Sequence record: PZ338878.1
Length of the DNA: 64,000 bases
Reading direction: 5' to 3' (one strand)
DNA from: a phage
Positions 62,227 to 64,000 of this stretch are shown here, one piece after another (position 1 is the first letter of the stretch; every line of letters starts with the position of its first letter). Under the pieces are notes generated by a model. That model made no database searches, had not been told where the DNA came from, and worked only from the letters and a program-made list of their open reading frames with translations. Made by a program: the position numbers and the translations under genes.

Positions 62227-62838
62227 TTATACCAGACTTTTAAGGTAGTTGTCAAGTGCTTCTTGATCACCTTGACAAACATAGCAACGGAAGTCTTGAG
62301 CAGAAGGTTCTTTGTCCTCTTCCCAATCCCAATAGACAGTACCTTTATAGCGTGAACCTGGAAACTCGAAGTATGCTACGTGGGTAATATGGTGTGGGCC
62401 ACCCCAAAACTCTGTAAAAGTAAATTGAGGATACGCTGCTTTAACTGTATTTTCAAACCAAGTTTTACGATCTAATGCTTCGTTTATAAAATAAGCATGG
62501 CGTTCCATTTCATCCCAATCTTTCCAAACGCATTTTTCATCCAGAGAAAAAACAAAATTCTCACTGTTAAAATCGTCTGTATCTGATTCCAAAATATCAT
62601 AATCATGTGCGCTAGGTATCCACCATCCAGCTTCTAATAGTGCTTTCGCAGGTACAAAACCTTTTTCAGCGTATTGATCAAATTCTTTTACTCTACGTAC
62701 AGTGCAGTATTCATCTTCACCACCAATGTCCAGCATACAAGCGCCTTTGCGTCTTGCTGCAAGACCATGTGTATCAAAAACTACAACACTACCTTCACCA
62801 TCTTCACGATCTACTTGATATGCCACTTTTTGAGTCAT
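62227..62838 (-). CDS. hypothetical protein (203 aa)
   Basis: ORF track. Confidence 0.45.
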   Translation of the reverse strand: MTQKVAYQVDREDGEGSVVVFDTHGLAARRKGACMLDIGGEDEYCTVRRVKEFDQYAEKGFVPAKALLEAGWWIPSAHDYDILESDTDDFNSENFVFSLDEKCVWKDWDEMERHAYFINEALDRKTWFENTVKAAYPQFTFTEFWGGPHHITHVAYFEFPGSRYKGTVYWDWEEDKEPSAQDFRCYVCQGDQEALDNYLKSLV

Positions 62839-62839
62839 A

Positions 62840-62962
62840 TTACCCCCAATGTATATGGGAAATTAACCAAAAGATAAATTCCCAAAAACACCAACCAAGA
62901 AAAGTTAATGGAATTATAAAAGCTATCAGAGCAGTCTTCCAGCCTTTCCACAATGTTTCCAT
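62840..62962 (-). CDS. small membrane protein (40 aa)
   Basis: Manual translation METLWKGWKTALIAFIIPLTFLGWCFWEFIFWLISHIHWG; start overlaps the methyltransferase stop. Confidence 0.3.
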   Translation of the reverse strand: METLWKGWKTALIAFIIPLTFLGWCFWEFIFWLISHIHWG

Positions 62963-63951
62963 CATTCCTCCATACACTTAAGAATATGTGCAATGACAGG
63001 TATAGTCCAACCATTACCTAACATCTTATATGCTTGTGTGTTACTACTCACTTTAAAGTAATCATCTGGAACACCTTGTAAGCGGCAACACTCTTTAACC
63101 GTTAACTTTCTATAATGCACACCTTCACTCAATTTTTCAAAGGCATCCAGATATCTTCCAGGTGGAATGTAAGCTAATAGTACGTCTTTCGGCACAGTCG
63201 TGAGGCAACGAGTTTTTTCACTGTCCTGAACTTCCAAGCAATGTACCAAACGATCAGTTTTAGATGTACTACGTTTGCCATTTTCATTAATTCTACGCCC
63301 ATATATTGCTGCTGGATAAAAAACCAGTTGTCTGCGACTCTTTTCAAAATACTGTTCTATATTACCACCTTTGGCATAATTTGCATCTATGCAATACGCC
63401 TTGTCCCTGTCTACAATACTATCATCTTCAATAATATCTTGCAACACTTCATTGGTAATATCCCAAGGCTTTATTTCCCAATTGCACCAGTATAAACGTT
63501 GTCTATTCTGTGCCGTGAAATCTGCGGAGTTAATGAATACGGGATCAACACCTAAGTAACTTGTGATCACGTTTTCCCACTCTACCTTCATCTTAACGTT
63601 TTCAAGCATGAACTTAACATTAGGGTTAAACTTTTTAATATGTTCAAGAATTTCAACATATTCAAAGAACAGTTTAGATCGCGGATCTTGAAAGTTCAAA
63701 CCCTTACCAGAAGAAGAGAAGCCTTGGCACGGGCTACCACCTAACAAAAGATCAATTTCTCCCCACGGGATATCCCATTCTCTCCATTTTGTAACATCCC
63801 CTAATTGAATAATGTCTGGAAAATTGGCTTGGCTTTCAGCTATGGCAAATTTGTCCAATTCTGAGGCATAATATTTATCTACTTCAATACCTGCACTTTT
63901 TAGTGCAAGCATTCCTCCTGACATACCATCAAAAAGACTTAAAACTTTCAT
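62962..63951 (-). CDS. DNA (cytosine-5)-methyltransferase
   Basis: 329 aa; motif I LSLFDGMSGG, motif IV GGSPCQGFS, ENV, AQNRQRLYW, MLGNGW; SD AAGGAG. Confidence 0.85.
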   Translation of the reverse strand: MKVLSLFDGMSGGMLALKSAGIEVDKYYASELDKFAIAESQANFPDIIQLGDVTKWREWDIPWGEIDLLLGGSPCQGFSSSGKGLNFQDPRSKLFFEYVEILEHIKKFNPNVKFMLENVKMKVEWENVITSYLGVDPVFINSADFTAQNRQRLYWCNWEIKPWDITNEVLQDIIEDDSIVDRDKAYCIDANYAKGGNIEQYFEKSRRQLVFYPAAIYGRRINENGKRSTSKTDRLVHCLEVQDSEKTRCLTTVPKDVLLAYIPPGRYLDAFEKLSEGVHYRKLTVKECCRLQGVPDDYFKVSSNTQAYKMLGNGWTIPVIAHILKCMEE

Positions 63952-64000
63952 TATTGCTTCTTCTCCTTAACACTAGCTGGTAATTCTGCCTTAAGGCAGA
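63951..64000 (-). CDS. C-terminal fragment of an upstream minus-strand gene (partial)
   Basis: Open frame ...CLKAELPASVKEKKQ ending in TAA that overlaps the methyltransferase ATG; N-terminus beyond window. Confidence 0.3.
   Translation of the reverse strand, partial: CLKAELPASVKEKKQ

Overview
This 64-kb window reads as a densely coding, AT-rich genome segment of a virulent tailed phage; no rRNA, tRNA or CRISPR array was found. All calls are from reading the sequence and the supplied ORF track by eye, with no database search run. Layout: (1) 1-31.5 kb, minus-strand block with a C-terminally truncated T7 gp4-like primase-helicase, four tandem glycosyltransferase-like genes, a Ter-like cluster (TerD, vWA, TelA-like, TerC) flanked by a TARG1-like macro-domain protein, a phosphoribosyltransferase and a HAD hydrolase, then NrdD/NrdG, a YqeY-like protein, a MazG-like protein, a UvrD-like helicase split by an intein, and many small hypotheticals; (2) 31.6-36.2 kb, plus-strand operon with a P-loop ATPase paralogous to one on the minus strand, a multi-zinc-ribbon protein and a NADAR protein; (3) 36.2-37.5 kb, repeat-rich non-coding DNA with Fur-box-like palindromes and a GC-rich island; (4) 37.5-47.4 kb, about 30 small plus-strand genes, most preceded by a sigma70-like promoter and a conserved GC-rich stem-loop (about 15 copies); (5) 47.5-49.3 kb, AT-rich palindrome-rich region with more Fur-box-like sites and a 67-nt run of N; (6) 49.3-60.4 kb, plus-strand operon of small genes with internal paralog families; (7) 60.5-64 kb, minus-strand Sir2-like protein and C5 cytosine methyltransferase. 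The most unusual content is the phage-borne Ter-like module with its attached enzymes, the promoter-plus-hairpin array, and the set of candidate ADP-ribosylation-reversing enzymes (macro, NADAR, Sir2). Many ORF-track starts were trimmed to an internal ATG with a Shine-Dalgarno (SD) sequence; each trim was checked to be in frame with the track ORF.
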